This document shows positions 46,841-58,800 of a stretch of 64,000 nt of DNA, one piece after another. Source of the stretch: an uncultured Thermoplasmata archaeon (GTDB lineage Archaea; Thermoplasmatota; Thermoplasmata; Lutacidiplasmatales; UBA184). A model generated the notes under the pieces. It had not been told where the DNA came from. It worked only from the letters and a program-made list of their open reading frames with translations, and searched no databases. The stretch lies in assembly GCA_963804505.1 (NCBI GenBank), contig CAWDQP010000010.1, positions 458,291-522,290 of the forward strand, read 5' to 3'. How positions within the stretch are numbered: the first letter of the stretch is position 1; each line of letters starts with the position of its first letter. The translations under genes and the position numbers were made by a program.

Positions 46841-49406
46841 CTAGGGTCCCGCGGCCCGGCGCGCCGCCTGGCGGGCCTCTTCCAGCGCGCGTTCCAGGGG
46901 AGCGCCCGGCTCGCCGACGGCCGTCGCGGCCGCCGGATTGCCGCCGCCCTTGCCGGCGAACGCCCCCTTCGCCGATTCGACCACGGACGCCGCCGAGATG
47001 CCGGGCGCGGTCGAGCCGACGAACAGGATCCCCCGTCCGTCCTTCTCCCCCGCCAGGATCGCCACCCGACCGGCGACCCGTCCGAGGATCCGGGAGAGCT
47101 CCATCAACTGCGCCCGATCGAGCTCGAGCCGGGCGGTCACGACCGTCGTCCCTCCGACCGGCTGCGTCCTGGCCGGGTCGGCAAGCAGCTCCTCCGCGGT
47201 CGCGGAGAGGTCGCCCTTCTCCTTCGCGCGCGCGGCGTGCCGCGTCTCCTCGACCTCGGCCAGGAGCCGGTCGATCCCGTCGGGGAGATGGTCGACGGGC
47301 ACGCCCAGTCGTCGCGCGGCCTCCGTCAGGATCGCCTCGTGCTCTTCCCGCAGCTCGAGCGCCCGCTCGCCGCTCGCGTAGGTGAGCCGGACGACGCCGT
47401 CCTGGATCCGGTCCACGCCCAGCAGCGAGATCGCGCCGACCTCGCTCGTGTGCGTGCAATGCGTTCCGCCGCACGCCTCCACATCGAACCCCTCGATCTC
47501 GACGATGCGTAGCTCCTTGCCCGGGACCGCACCGCCCTGGTAGAGCGTGAACCCGAACCGCCGCTCGGCCTCGTTGCGGCTCTCGAAGTAGCTCTTCACC
47601 GCTCGGTCCTCGCGAACGATCTCGTTGACCCGGCGATCGATCCGCCGCAGCTCCTCCTTCGAGAGCGGCTTGTAGTGCGTGACGTCGATCCGGGCCGACT
47701 CGGGCGCCTTGTACGCCCCGGCCTGCCAGACGTGCGGGCCGAGGATCTCCCGGAGCGCACCGTTGAGCAGGTGCGTCGCGGTGTGGTGCTGCATCAGTTG
47801 CGTCCGCCGCTTCGGGTCGACCTTGCCCCGGACCCGCTCGCCCGCCCGGAACGGGGCGTCGCGCTCGAGCCGGTGGAGCACCCAGGGCCCCTTCCGGGCG
47901 ACGTCCACGACCTCGAGGTCCCCCAAGTGGCCCCGGTCGGCGACCTGCCCCCCGCCGGTCGGGTAGAAGTACGTCCGGTCGAGGACGACCCATGGGCCGG
48001 CCGCGTGGACGACATGCGCTTCGAACGACAGGGTGTGCGGGTCGAGATAGTACAGTACCTCGGTCGGCGGCACCGCCGCAGGGACCTCGGGGAGCCCTTC
48101 CGTCCGGTCGACGTAGTCGGTCGTCGGCCGCTCGGACTCGTGGCGCGCGGCGACCAGGGCGTAGAAGTTCTCCGGGATCGCCGGAGGCTTCTCCAGCTCC
48201 TCGACCGCGACGTCCGGCGGAACCCCCAGCGAATCGTACCACTCGAGCAGCTGCTCGCTGCCGATCTGGCCGCCCTCGGAGCGAACCCGCTCCTCCTGGC
48301 GGCGGATCGTCTGGCGGGCGCGCTGCGATCGCCTCCGCGTACCGTTCGACCTCCGACTCGACCACCCGGTGCATGTCGTCGCGATGTTCGCCGATCTCGG
48401 GGAAGTCCCGCGCGATCTCGCGGCCGGCGCGGTCGAGGATCGCGAGCAGCTCGGGCGCGTCCGGTACCTTCGAGAGGATCCGGATCGACCGTCGGAGCAG
48501 CAGCCGGGCGAAGTATCCCTCCTTGCTGTTCGAGGGAACGACGCCGTCCGTGAGGATGAAGTTCAGCGCTCGCGCGTGGTCGATCAGGATCGCCGCTTCG
48601 CGGGGAGGGAACGTTCGACGGAGCTCGTCGTACTCCGCGCCAAAGACCGCCTCGTAGGCCGTCCGCGAACCCTGGCTCGCCCAGACGAGCCGTTCGAGCC
48701 CGTAGCCGGTGTCGACCACCGTGAGCGGCATCGGCTTCAACGCCTCCCCGTCGCGAACGTACTCCATGAACACGAGCGTCGCCAGCTCGAGGCCCGAGGC
48801 TCCCACGCTCAGGGACGGCCCGAGGTTCCCGCCGCCTTCCCAGACCTCCTCCTTGTAGGTGATCGCCTTCGGGTCGGCGCCCAGCTCCTGCGAGAGGAGC
48901 TCGTGGCAGAGCTCGACCGTCCGCTCCTTGAAGTAGACCTCGTGGTCCGGCCGGTTGAACGCGTGGTGGGCCATCATCTCGAAGAGGGTCATGTGGCGCC
49001 CGCTCCGCCCGACCTCCTCGAGGTCGATGAACCGGAGGACCGGCTGCGAGATCGTCAGCGGGTTCGCGGGCGGCGGGATCGCCCCGCTCGTCACCCACGG
49101 TTGGAAGTCGTAGATCGAGGCCTGCGTGAAGAAGACGTCGTTCCGCCACCGGGCGACGGTCGGGTACCGGCGGATCCGCGTGTGGCCCCGACGCTCGAAG
49201 AAGCCCAGGAACGCCTCGCGCATGGCGCGCAGCTCGTACGACCGCGCGAACAGCGGTTTGCCGATGAATCCGTACTCGCGGCACGGGGCCTCCTGGCACC
49301 GGTCGTGGTCGCCCAGCGTCCAGAACGCCTGGCCGCAGCCGCCGCAGGTGCGTCGGTGGAACCCCTCGCGGTGGAAGAACGAGAGGTCGTACTCGGAGAG
49401 GTCCAT
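46841..49406 (-). CDS. alaS: Alanyl-tRNA synthetase (archaeal type)
   Basis: ATG 49406 gives MDLSEYDLSFFHREGFHRRTCGGCGQAFW...WRNDVFFTQASIYDFQPWV...VDTGYGLERLVW. After a shift near 48330 it continues as ORF 46841..48073, with HTATHLL and CGGTHC. A TATA-like box about 30 nt upstream of 49406 favours this start over 49448. Confidence 0.9.
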
Positions 49407-49431
49407 GGTCGGTCGCGGACCTCCCTCGCCG

Positions 49432-49439
49432 CTTAAACT
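49432..49439 (-). promoter_or_regulatory. TATA-like box of alaS
   Basis: GTTTAAGC on the minus strand, about 30 nt upstream of ATG 49406. Confidence 0.45.
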
Positions 49440-49499
49440 GTTTGTCAAATGGCGGGCTAACGCGCCGGGCTCGATTCGAGCCGGCGGGAAGGAGCGGTC

Positions 49500-50762
49500 G
49501 TGCGGGGAGCGAGCGGACCGGGAGAACCGACGCCTCCGCTCTCACCGCACGCGCGGACCCGCGCGACGTGGGTCCTCATCGCGGCCCGCGCGGGCTATTC
49601 CTACAACTGGTTCGATGTCGGCCCCGCGCTTCCCCGGATCGGGGCCACGTTCGGGGTCGGACCCGCGGACTGGGGACTCCTCGTGGCGGCGTTCCTCGTC
49701 GGGGCGGGCGCGTTCCAGGTCCCGGCGGGTTTCCTCGCCCGTCGGTACGGTGCCCGGTCGCTCTCCCTCGTCGGCCTCGCCCTCCTCTCCGCCGCCGGCG
49801 TCGGCGGAGCGTTCTCGCCCACGTTCGACTTCCTGCTCGCGTCCCGGGTCGTCGCCGGTGTCGGCGCGGGCCTGTTCTTCTCTCCCGCGATCGGGCTCGT
49901 CGCCTCCCTCTTCCCCGCCGGGCAACGCGGGGTACCGGTCGGCGCCTTTTCGTCGGCCTTCAGTGCCGGCGCGGCCGTCGGCCTTCTCGGGACCGCGCTC
50001 CTCGTTCCCGCGGTCGACTGGCGCGCCGCGCTCGCGATCGGCGGTCTTGGGCTGGCCGCGCTGACCGCCCTCGCGGCGTTCGTGATCCCGCGCTCCGCCG
50101 GCGCTTCGCCCCCCGGGCCGAGCGCCCCCGCTCGGGCATTCCCGCCGCGCTCCGGTTTCGAGGCGTCTGGGCGATCGGCTTCGCGTTCGTCGGGTTCGAG
50201 GGCGCGACGTTCGCGACCGGCCAGTTCATCGTTCCGTTCGGCGAGGCCGTGCGCGGTTGGACCGCGGCGGTGGCCGGCGGGGTCGGCATGATGTTCGTCC
50301 TGCCGAGCGTCCTGGGGGGTCCCATCGGTGGGAGCGTGGCCGAGCGGCACCCGAACCATCGTACCCAGATCGCTGGTCGTCACGCTGGCCGGGGCGGGCG
50401 TCCTCGCCCTGGTCCCGTTCGCCGGGCTCGCGGTGGCGATCCTGATCGGGTCGGTGTTCTCGTTCGCGTACGGGTTCGTCTACGCGGTCATGTACGTCGT
50501 GCCCCACTTCTGGCCGAACATCCCCGCCGGGGAGATCCCGCTCGCGATCGGGCTGTTCAACGCGATCCAGCTCGCCGGCGGCGCCGCCGTCTCGTTCGCG
50601 TTCGGATGGCTGGTCGCCGCCCGCTCCTACTCCTTCGCGTGGGAGGCGCTCGCCGCGCTGCAGGCGGCGACGCTCGTTGCCCTCCTCGCCCTGCCGCCCA
50701 TGGCTTCGGTCGGTCGTCGGGACGAGGGGGCGCTCGTCCCTGGCGCAGGGCCGTCCCGGTAG
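49500..50762 (+). CDS. MFS transporter
   Basis: Twelve-helix-like hydrophobic pattern, with VPAGFLARRYGARS (MFS motif A-like). It is assembled from ORFs 49500.., 49442.. and 50328..50762. Frame breaks lie near 50135 and 50350. Confidence 0.7.
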
Positions 50763-51402
50763 CGCAGAGCGCCGCGATCGGGCACTCCGGGCAGAGCGGC
50801 CGGCGCGGGCGGCAGAGGTTCTGTCCGTGCTGCACCAGCAGCGGGTTGAGCGGAATCCAGTATCGGGCGTCGACCGTTGCGCGCAACCGGGCCTCGGTCT
50901 CTTCGGGGGTTCGGGTCCGGACGACGCCCAGCCGGTTCGCGATCCGATGGACATGGGTGTCGACGGGGATCGCCGGGATCCCGTAGCCGAAGACGAGGAC
51001 GCAGTTCGCGGTCTTCGGGCCGACCCCCGGGAGCGACGTGAGCTCCTCCAGCGAGCGGGGGACCACGCCCCCGAACCGGTCGAGGAGATCGCGCGCGCAT
51101 GCGCCGATCGTCCGCGACTTCGTCCGGTAGAAGCCGACCGGCCGGATGAGCGGCTCGATCGCCGCCGGTCGGGCGGCCGCGAGCAACCGCGCGTCGGGGA
51201 ATCGGGCGAACAACCGAGCGGACGCAATGTCGGTCTTCTCGTCGCGGGTCCGCTGAGATAGGATCGTTCCGATGAGCACCTGGAACGGGTTGATCGCGTG
51301 GTCGCGCAAATACGGCGTTCGCCAATCCCCGGTGCGGTAGAGGGCCGACAGCCGGTCGAGGATCGTCTCCCAGTCGGCGGGCGCCAAGGCGCGAGGGCTC
51401 AC
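50557..51402 (-). CDS. nth: Endonuclease III (HhH-GPD DNA glycosylase). The 3' end is uncertain.
   Basis: GTG 51402 overlaps the folC stop (GTGA). It reads PFQVLIGTILSQRTRDE...LPGVGPKTANCVL...VDTHVHRI and has the iron-sulfur cluster CRPRRPLCPECPIAALC. The conserved part ends near 50765. The Arg-rich 70-aa tail that follows is antisense to the MFS gene and is probably read-through. Confidence 0.8.
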   Translation of the reverse strand: MSPRALAPADWETILDRLSALYRTGDWRTPYLRDHAINPFQVLIGTILSQRTRDEKTDIASARLFARFPDARLLAAARPAAIEPLIRPVGFYRTKSRTIGACARDLLDRFGGVVPRSLEELTSLPGVGPKTANCVLVFGYGIPAIPVDTHVHRIANRLGVVRTRTPEETEARLRATVDARYWIPLNPLLVQHGQNLCRPRRPLCPECPIAALCATGTALRQGRAPPRPDDRPKPWAAGRGGQRASPPAARRAPPTRRSRSGRRPAIRTRTRRRRRRRAGSR

Positions 51403-52839
51403 GCCGTGCCCCCCGTCGCCGACCGGGAGGCGGGCCGGTCGCGCGGTGGCGGCGGACCGACCCCCGGGTCCGACAGGTCCGGACCGTCCTCCGGCGAGTC
51501 CCCGCGCAGCAGTTCGCCGATCAGGTAGTCGCTGCCCGTCACGATCGTGAGGCCGTCGGGGCCCGTGGCGGCCCGCGCGAGCCGGACCCCGTCGGCCGCC
51601 GTGGGCGCGAGCACGATCCGGGGGAAGCGACCGAACGCCGCGACGCGGAGGTCGGCCGGTGGCAGGCTGCGGTCGGAGCGGACCGGGACGAGAACGAGGG
51701 TCTTGGCGAGCGGCTCCAGGGCGTCCAGGATCCCCGCGACGTCCTTGCCTCGGAGGCATCCGAACACGATCGCGCTCTCCTCCGGGTCCGCGAGCGGCGA
51801 GATCTCGGCGACCCTCAGCGCGAGGGCCCGGGCGCTTCCGGGGTGTGGGCGACGTCGTAGAACATCTCGGGGTCGGACGCGATCCGCTCGAGCGGCCCGG
51901 CCAGCGGACCCGGGCCAGTCCCTGCCGAACGCGGACCGGCTCCGACGCACGTCCCGTCGCCTGAAGGAACCGGGCGGTCGCGGCGACCGCGAGCGCGGCG
52001 TTCCCGGCTTGGAAGCCGCCCAGGAGCGGTAGGCGCACCTTCTCGATCGTGGCCCCGGGGATCCGCACCGTCAGGGTCTGGCCCCGGGGCGAGAGCGTCC
52101 GGTCGTCGTACCGGATCTCCCGGCCGAGCCACCACAACGGAACCCCGCGACCGTCCGCTTCGCGCCGGACCGTAACGGCCGCCTCGGTCGGGAGCTCCCC
52201 CACGACACCGACCATCCCGGTGGCGAGGATCCCCGCCTTCTCCCGCGCGATCGCGTCGAGCGTCGCCCCGAGGATGTCGGTGTGCTCGAGCTCGACGGTC
52301 GTGATCACCCCGACGCGCGAGTCGAGCACGTTCGTGGAGTCCAGTCGACCTCCGATCCCGACCTCCACGACCGCCGCCTGGGCGCCGCGCCGGGCGAACC
52401 AGTCGAACGCGAGCGCCGTCGTCACTTCGAAGAACGTCGGCGCGCGGTCGATACGCCCCTCCCGCTCGAGCCGGTCCGCCGCGGCCTCGACCCGCGCCAC
52501 GCCGTCCACCACCGCGGCGGGGTCGATCTCCTCGCCGTCGAGGCGGATCCGCTCGCGGTAGCTGACCAGGTGCGGGGAGGTGAACAGGCCCGTCGGGATG
52601 CCGTGCGCGGTCAGGATCGCCGCGGCCATGACGGCCACCGATCCTTTGCCCTTGCTCCCGGTGACGTGGATCGCGGGATACTTCCGCTCGGGGCGCCCGA
52701 GCTCATCGAGCAGCTCCCGGATGACCTCGAGGCCGGGGCGCATGCCGAAGCGGCGGCGTTGGAACAGGCGGTCCAGCGTCGAGCGGTACTCCGCCGTCGC
52801 CGCCGCGCGAGAGGAGGCGGGCGGCCGTCGGGTCTTCAC
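51399..52839 (-). CDS. folC: Folylpolyglutamate synthase/dihydrofolate synthase-like Mur ligase
   Basis: ...AIHVTGSKGKGSVAVMAA (P-loop)...VVEVGIGGRLDSTNV...TVELEHTDILG... The C-terminal domain is in ORF 51399..51950. Frame breaks lie near 51905 and 51840. The start is taken as GTG 52839, just downstream of the mutase stop. Confidence 0.75.
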
Positions 52840-52861
52840 CGTCGGGAAAACGGCCACGCCC

Positions 52862-54581
52862 CTAGTACGTCGAACGTTCCCGGAACGACCCGTAGACATC
52901 CTGGAACGCCCGGACGATCTCGCCGAGGGTCGCTTTCGCGCGAAGGGCGTCCAGCACGGCGGGCATGGTGTTGTCGCTCGGCGTCTCGGCGACCTTCTTC
53001 AGTCGGTCGAGCGCGGCTTCGTGGCGCCGCGGGTCGCGGCGCGCCCGTTCGGCCCTCAGTCGCTGGCTCTGGAGCCGCCGGGCGGTTTCGCCGATCTTCA
53101 GCCGGGGTACCCGGATCGGCTCGTCCACGGTGTAGGCGTTGACGCCGACGACCTTCGTCTCGCCGGCTTCCACCGCGCGCTGGTATCGGAACGACGCCTC
53201 CTGGATCTCGCGCTGGAAGAACCCCCGCTCGATGCCGGCGACGACCCCTCCCAGCTCGTCGATCCGGTCGAAGTACCGCTGGGTCTCCTCCTCCATCCGG
53301 TCGGTCAGCCACTCGACGTAGTAGCTGCCGCCGAACGGGTCGACCGTCTCCCCGACGCCGGTCTCGGACGCGAGGATCTGCTGGGTCCGCAGCGCGATCC
53401 GCACGGCGTCCTCGCTCGGCAGCTGGAGCGCCTCGTCGTAGGAGTTCGTGTGGAGCGACTGCGTCCCGCCCAGCACCGCCGCCAGCGCCTGGACGGTGGT
53501 GCGGACGATGTTCACCTCGGGCTGCTGCGCCGTGCAGGAGCAGCCCGCGGTCTGCGTGTGGAACCGCAACCAGAGCGACCGCTCCTTCTTCGCGCCGAAC
53601 TCGTCGCGCATCACGCGTGCCCAGAGCCGTCGCGCCGCCCGGAACTTCGCGATCTCCTCGAAGAAGTCGTTGTGCGAGTTGAAGAAGAACGACAGCCGGG
53701 GGGCGAACTCGTCGACGTCGAGGCCGCGGCCGATCGCCTCCTGAACGTACGTGCGGCCGTCGGCGAGCGTGAACGCGAGCTCCTGCACGGCGGTCGAGCC
53801 GGCTTCGCGGATGTGGTACCCCGAGATCGAGACCGGGTTCCAGCGCGAGACCTCGCGCGTCGCGTACTCGATCGTGTCGATGACCAGGCGCAGCGCCGGC
53901 CGGGGCGGGTAGAGGAACTCCTTCTGCGCGATGTACTCCTTCAGGATGTCGTTCTGGGTCGTCCCGCCCATCCGTCCGAGGGGAACGCGGTGCGCGGTCC
54001 CGGTCAGGAGGTACATTCCCCAGACGATGTTCGCGGGCCCGTTGATCGTCATGCTGGTCGTCACGTCCCCGAGGGGAATACCGGCGAGCAGCCGTTGCAT
54101 GTCGTTGAGGGAGCTCACGTTCACGCCGCACTTTCCGACCTCGCCGAGCGACTCCGGGTCGTCGGCGTCGAGCCCGTAGAGGGTCGGGTCGTCGAACGCG
54201 ATCGACAGCCCCGACTCGCCGTGGGCCAGGAGGTAGCGGAACCGCCGGTTGGTGTCCTCGGGGGTGCCGAACCCCGAGAACATCCGCATCGACCAGACCC
54301 GCCCGCGGTACATGGTCGGGTGGATCCCGCGCGTGAACGGGAACTGGCCGGGGTACCCGATGTCGTCGAACGACGACCGGGGGGACCGGGGCGTGTAGAC
54401 CCGGTCGACCGGGATCCCGCCCAGCGTCTCGAACGACGTCCGTCGTTCGGGGTTCTTCTCGATCGCCGGGCGGAGGACCTCCTCCTCCCAGCGCCGCCGG
54501 GCCTCCCGGACGGCGTCGCGCGATCGATCCGAACGGCTCGACGGAGGTTCCCGCCGGCGCCGTCGCCCGGGCGGCCGACAT
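52862..54581 (-). CDS. Methylmalonyl-CoA mutase, large catalytic subunit (no B12-binding domain; split archaeal type)
   Basis: ATG 54581 gives MSAARATAP... After a shift near 54525 it continues ...YPGQFPFTRGIHPTMYRGRVWSMRMFSGFGTPEDTNRRFRYLL...LSIAFDDPT...TQNDILKEY...HTNSYDEAL. A TATA-like box lies about 29 nt upstream of 54581. Confidence 0.85.
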
Positions 54582-54605
54582 TCGGCCCAACGAGGGCGCG
54601 GGCCA

Positions 54606-54614
54606 CTATTAACT
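54606..54614 (-). promoter_or_regulatory. TATA-like box of the mutase-folC-nth unit
   Basis: GTTAATAGT on the minus strand, about 29 nt upstream of ATG 54581. It overlaps the TAA stop of the upstream methyltransferase gene. Confidence 0.45.
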
Positions 54615-55401
54615 GTGGGGGAGCGGAGGGAGGCGGAGTCCCACGAGATCGCCCCGGCCGCGTCGGACCACGGGGGCTCCGACGGACCGGGCGAACCGCG
54701 GGAACGCCTCGCCCGTCCAGATCGTGTTGTCCGCGAGAACGACCGCCTCGGGCGCGAGCTTCGGCCGCACCGTCTCCAGCTCGAAGGTCAGGTGCGCCGA
54801 CGTGTGGAGGTCGTCGTGGAGGAACAGCCCGATGGAGTCCAGCTCCTCCACCAGGGCCGGTAGATGCTTCTGGCTGGGGCCGATCCGGAGGTCCCAGGAA
54901 CCTCGAAGCCGCTCGGGAACCGCCCATCCGGTGCGGCGTCCCGGAGGTAGGGAAACCGGCGACTCGCCCCGACCGAGCGTGGGGCCCCGTTGGCGCGTCG
55001 GCAGGTCGATCGAGTGAAGCCGGCCGGTCCGGTTTCGCGCGAGCGCGGCCAGGAAATGGGCCGAGGAAACCCCGCTGCTCACGCCGGCCTCTACGATGTG
55101 GCCGGGTCGAAGGAGGCGGACGATCGCGTACAGATTCGAACGGGGCCCGGATCTGCGCGTAGCTCGTCCGACCCGCGGCAAAGTGGCGGTGCCGGATCTC
55201 CTCCTCGAGCGGGATCAGGTCCTCGAGCTCCTCCAGGACCTTGCCGATCTCCCGGCGGTTGCAGCCGGTGAGCGCGGCCACCCAGCCGAGGTTCGGGGTG
55301 GCGCGCCGGTCCCCGAGCGCGCGCCGGGCGCGTGCGACCGCGGCGACCGACTCGGCCGACAGGGAAGCGAGCCGCAGCGGCCTCGACCGTCGCGCCATCA
55401 C
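54609..55401 (-). CDS. Class I SAM-dependent methyltransferase (O-methyltransferase/CmcI-like)
   Basis: ATG 55401 overlaps the upstream stop (ATGA). The N-terminal part is from ORF 54121..55401. After a shift near 55140 it reads NLYAIVRLLRPGHIVEAGVSSGVSSAHFLAALARNRTGRLHSIDL (motif I) and ...FLHDDLH. Confidence 0.6.
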
Positions 55402-56099
55402 GATGCTCCGGAAGCATCGAGCTGGGTTTTCCTCTTGAGGTGAGCGCTCGAGATGTTGAGCCGGAAGGTCGCGCCGGAGAGGACCCGCTCGGTCCGGTCA
55501 AACTCGATCCGCGAGGAGAAGAACGGCGCGTCCACGACCAGCGTTTCGTACTCGCCCCCTTCGCCCGCCACGTCCACGCGGCGCACGGACCGGCTGCGGC
55601 GCTCGAGGTCCGCGAGCGCGGGCCGGTCGAGGCGGGTTCCGAGCAGCTCGGGCGTAAGGGGTTCGGCCGCCAGGTGGACGAACCGGATGTCCAGGCCGGC
55701 GTCGATCTCCTCCTGTACGACCCGGGAGGACGCTTTCCTCCACAGCGGTGCGTACACGCGGCGGCCCACCCGGTCCCCGATCCGCAGGAGCCGGGACCAC
55801 TGGAACGACGAGGCGATCGCACCGGCGACGATCGGACCCCGCCCGCCGCGGAGGGCGGACTCGAGCACCGCCAACTCTCCCTCGAGGTCCAGCGCCGGGG
55901 CGGAGACCGTCCGGTGGCGCTTCCCCCAGGCCTCGGCTTGGAGTGCCACCAGGTCGAGGTTCGGTGTGTGGAACATCATCGAGTCGGCGTCCGACGGGCG
56001 GACGGTCAGCAGCTCGTCCACCGGCCACCCCTGGGTATCGGCGAGGTAGGCCGCGTAGATCGAGTCCTTGCCTCCCGAAACGAGCGCCGTGGCGGTCAT
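55398..56099 (-). CDS. PP-loop ATPase of the MJ0570/Dph6 (diphthine-ammonia ligase-like) family
   Basis: ATG 56099 gives MTATALVSGGKDSIYAAYLA (SGGKDS PP-loop)...MFHTPNL...GAIASSFQWSRL...GEGGEYETLVVDAPFF. Confidence 0.7.
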   Translation of the reverse strand: MTATALVSGGKDSIYAAYLADTQGWPVDELLTVRPSDADSMMFHTPNLDLVALQAEAWGKRHRTVSAPALDLEGELAVLESALRGGRGPIVAGAIASSFQWSRLLRIGDRVGRRVYAPLWRKASSRVVQEEIDAGLDIRFVHLAAEPLTPELLGTRLDRPALADLERRSRSVRRVDVAGEGGEYETLVVDAPFFSSRIEFDRTERVLSGATFRLNISSAHLKRKTQLDASGAS

Positions 56100-56107
56100 C
56101 GCCGTGC

Positions 56108-58418
56108 CTACGGGAGCGAGAGGCCCGAACGCCAGCGCGGATAGAGGGCCGTCGGGTCCACGGAGGCTACGGTCTCGCCTCCCCAATTGAATCGGCCGGA
56201 CTCCTCCGTGACGGTCCCGACCACCGCGCACGGGACGCCGCGCATCGAACGCTCGAACGCCGGACGGTGTCGTGACGCGACCTCGACGACGAGTCGGGAG
56301 GAACCTTCCGCGACGAGCGCGAGGCCGGGTCCGGCAAGTCCGGTCGCTTTGAGCTCGACCCGAAACCCGAGCCCGCCGCCGAACGCCATCTCAGCGAGCG
56401 TGACCCCAAGGCCTCCGTCCGAGATGTCGTGGGCCGCGACGATCTGCCGCCGCGCGCCCGCCGCGAGGACCCGTTCGCCCCACCGACGCAGGGTCCGCGG
56501 GTCGTTCGGGGGCAGGTCGAGCTCCCGCACTCCGCCGAGCCGGGCCCACAGGGACCCGCCGAGCTCGGGAGCGGAACTTCCGAGAAGGTAGAGCGTGTCG
56601 CCGGATCGTTTCAGGTCGCTCGTGACCGCCCGCCCCACGTCCGGAACGAGGCCGGTCGCGAGGAGCACCGGGGTCGGAGGGATCTCGGACCCGAGGCCGC
56701 CGTTGTAGAGGCTCACGTTCCCGCCCGGAACCGCGAAGCCGAGCGCCTTCGCCGCCGCGCCGAGGCCCTCGGTGACTCGAGCGAAATCGGCGAGGACCCG
56801 CGGGTCCTCGGGGTTCCCGAAGTTGAGGCAGTTCGTGAACGCGTCCGGTCGCGCGCCGACCGCGTAGAGGTTCCGAGCCGCCTCCTCGACGACCCCGACC
56901 GCGCCCTCGTACGGGTCTTCCCGACACGCCCACGGCTGCGCGGCGGTCGCGACGGCGAGGCCGGCACGGCGCCGTGGGTCCGGCCGAACGATCGCGGCGT
57001 CGCCGTGCGACGGGGACTCGACCCGTCCGTGCAGGGGCTTGAGAACGGTCCGGCCCCCGACCTCGTGGTCGTAGACCCGGATCACCGGCTCGCGCGAGAC
57101 GTTGTCGGGCGCGAGGAGAAGCCGCTCGACGAGCGCCGCGAGCCGATCGTTCGGGACCGCCGGGGGCGCGCGATGCCGACGGCCCCGGGCCTTGAGGCGG
57201 CGGGGCGCGGGCGGCGGCGCGACGCGGAACCCGACGCGCAGGCGCGCGGCAGGCCGACCGTGCCACTCAATCGTCTCGTACGGGCCCGGGGTGACCTCGC
57301 CGATATCCGTCGCCGGGACGTCGTGCCGCCGGAATATCTCGAGGAGCCGTGGCAGGTCGTTCGGTCGCACGTCGAACAGCATCCGCTCCTGGGACTCGGA
57401 GACCCAGATCTCCCACGGACGAAGGCCCGTCTCCCGGAGCGGGATGCGGGCGAGGTCGATCCGCGAGCCCAGCCCTCCGGCGTGGACCAGCTCCCCGGAG
57501 GCGCTGGCGATCCCGCCGCCTCCCAGGTCCTTCAGCCCTTGGACGAGTCCCAGCTCGAACGCCGCCAGCGAGGCACGGATGAGCGGCTCCTTCAGGATCG
57601 GGTTGCCCAGCTGGACCGCGCCGCGCGATTCGGTCTCGCTTGCGCCGGTCAACTCCTGCGAGGCGAACGCGACGCCGCCGATCCCGTCCCGGCCGGTTCG
57701 CCCTCCCGCGAGGACGAGCTGGTCCCCGACGGCCCGCGCCCGGTTCGGGAGCGGCTTGCCTCGGGGCAGCCAGCCCGACGCAGCCGACGTTGACGAGCGG
57801 GTTGACGATGTACGGCCGGGTCGAAGTAGATCGCCGCCGGAAACGGTCGGGACTCCGACTCGATTGCCGTAGTCGCGGATCCCCGCGATGACGCCCTCCG
57901 CGAGGTAGCGTGGGATCTTCACGCCGCGCGGAGTCGCCGCCGGATCGAGGTCGAGCGGGCCGAAGAAGAACGGGTCCGTGAGCGCGATCGGACGCGCGCC
58001 CACGGCCAGCACGTCCCGCAGGATGCCGCCGATGCCGGTCGCCGCGCCGCCGTACGGCTCGACCGCCGACGGGTGATTGTGCGACTCGATCCGCAGCGCG
58101 TAGGCCGTGCCCGGGTCGAAGCGGAGCACCCCCGCGTCGCCCGTCCCGAGCACCCGCGAACGGGGCTGCAGCGAACCGAACGCCTTCTTGAGGAACGGTC
58201 GGGAGCTCTTGTAGCTGCAATGCTCGCTCCAGCTCTGGGCGAGGCCCGCCAGCTCGACATCGCTGGGGTCGCGCCGCTCCGCCCGGAAGTAGGCTCGGAT
58301 CCGCGCCAGCTCCCGTCGATCGAACCCGAGTCCGCGGCTCGCGGAGAGGACGTCCAGCTCGTCGGCCGACAGCGTGCGAACGGGGACCGCCTCGACCGCA
58401 TCGGCCCAGCTCGAGCAT
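56108..58418 (-). CDS. purL: Phosphoribosylformylglycinamidine synthase II
   Basis: ATG 58418 lies 4 nt after the purS stop. It reads ...DVELAGLAQSWSEHCSYKSS...ESHNHPSAVEPYGGAATGIGGILRD...GRTGRDGIGG...DLGGGGIASA. Frame breaks lie near 58400, with a compensated pair near 57835 and 57775 (YIVNPLVNVGCVG is displaced). Confidence 0.9.
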
Positions 58419-58422
58419 CGGC

Positions 58423-58670
58423 TCAACCCAGGGCGGCCCGGACCGTTACGCGGTGGATGACCGGGTTCGCGAGGAGACGGTCGACAGCGTCGTGCGCGAG
58501 CCGGTCGGCCTCCTGAGGGGTTACGTTCTCGAACTCGAGGTCGTAGATGCGGGCGGTCGCGACGCGGCGGACGCGCGGCGATGCCGAGCAGGCGCGAGCG
58601 CTTTCGCGATACTTTCGGCCTCGGCGTCAAGAACGCCGGGCTTCAGCTCGACCCGAACTTCCCAGCGCAT
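58423..58670 (-). CDS. purS: Phosphoribosylformylglycinamidine synthase subunit PurS
   Basis: MRWEVRVELKPGVLDAEAESIAKALA / LLGIA / RVRRVATARIYDLEFENVTPQEADRLAHDAVDRLLANPVIHRVTVRAALG*. The three frames are joined by breaks near 58592 and 58572. Confidence 0.75.
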
Positions 58671-58800
58671 CGGCTCCGCACGGGGAACCGATCCTGCGCC
58701 CACGCCCGTCGTACGGGACGGGCCAAATAACGGTGCGCCGCCGGGCCCCGCGCGACGCTCCCCGGTGGGGCCCCTCGGACCCCGCGACATTCAAGACGCG

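Noticed and set aside
52580-55162. An 860-aa plus-strand ORF opposite methylmalonyl-CoA mutase and the methyltransferase.
   Set aside because: It is an antisense artefact. The minus strand carries unmistakable mutase motifs.
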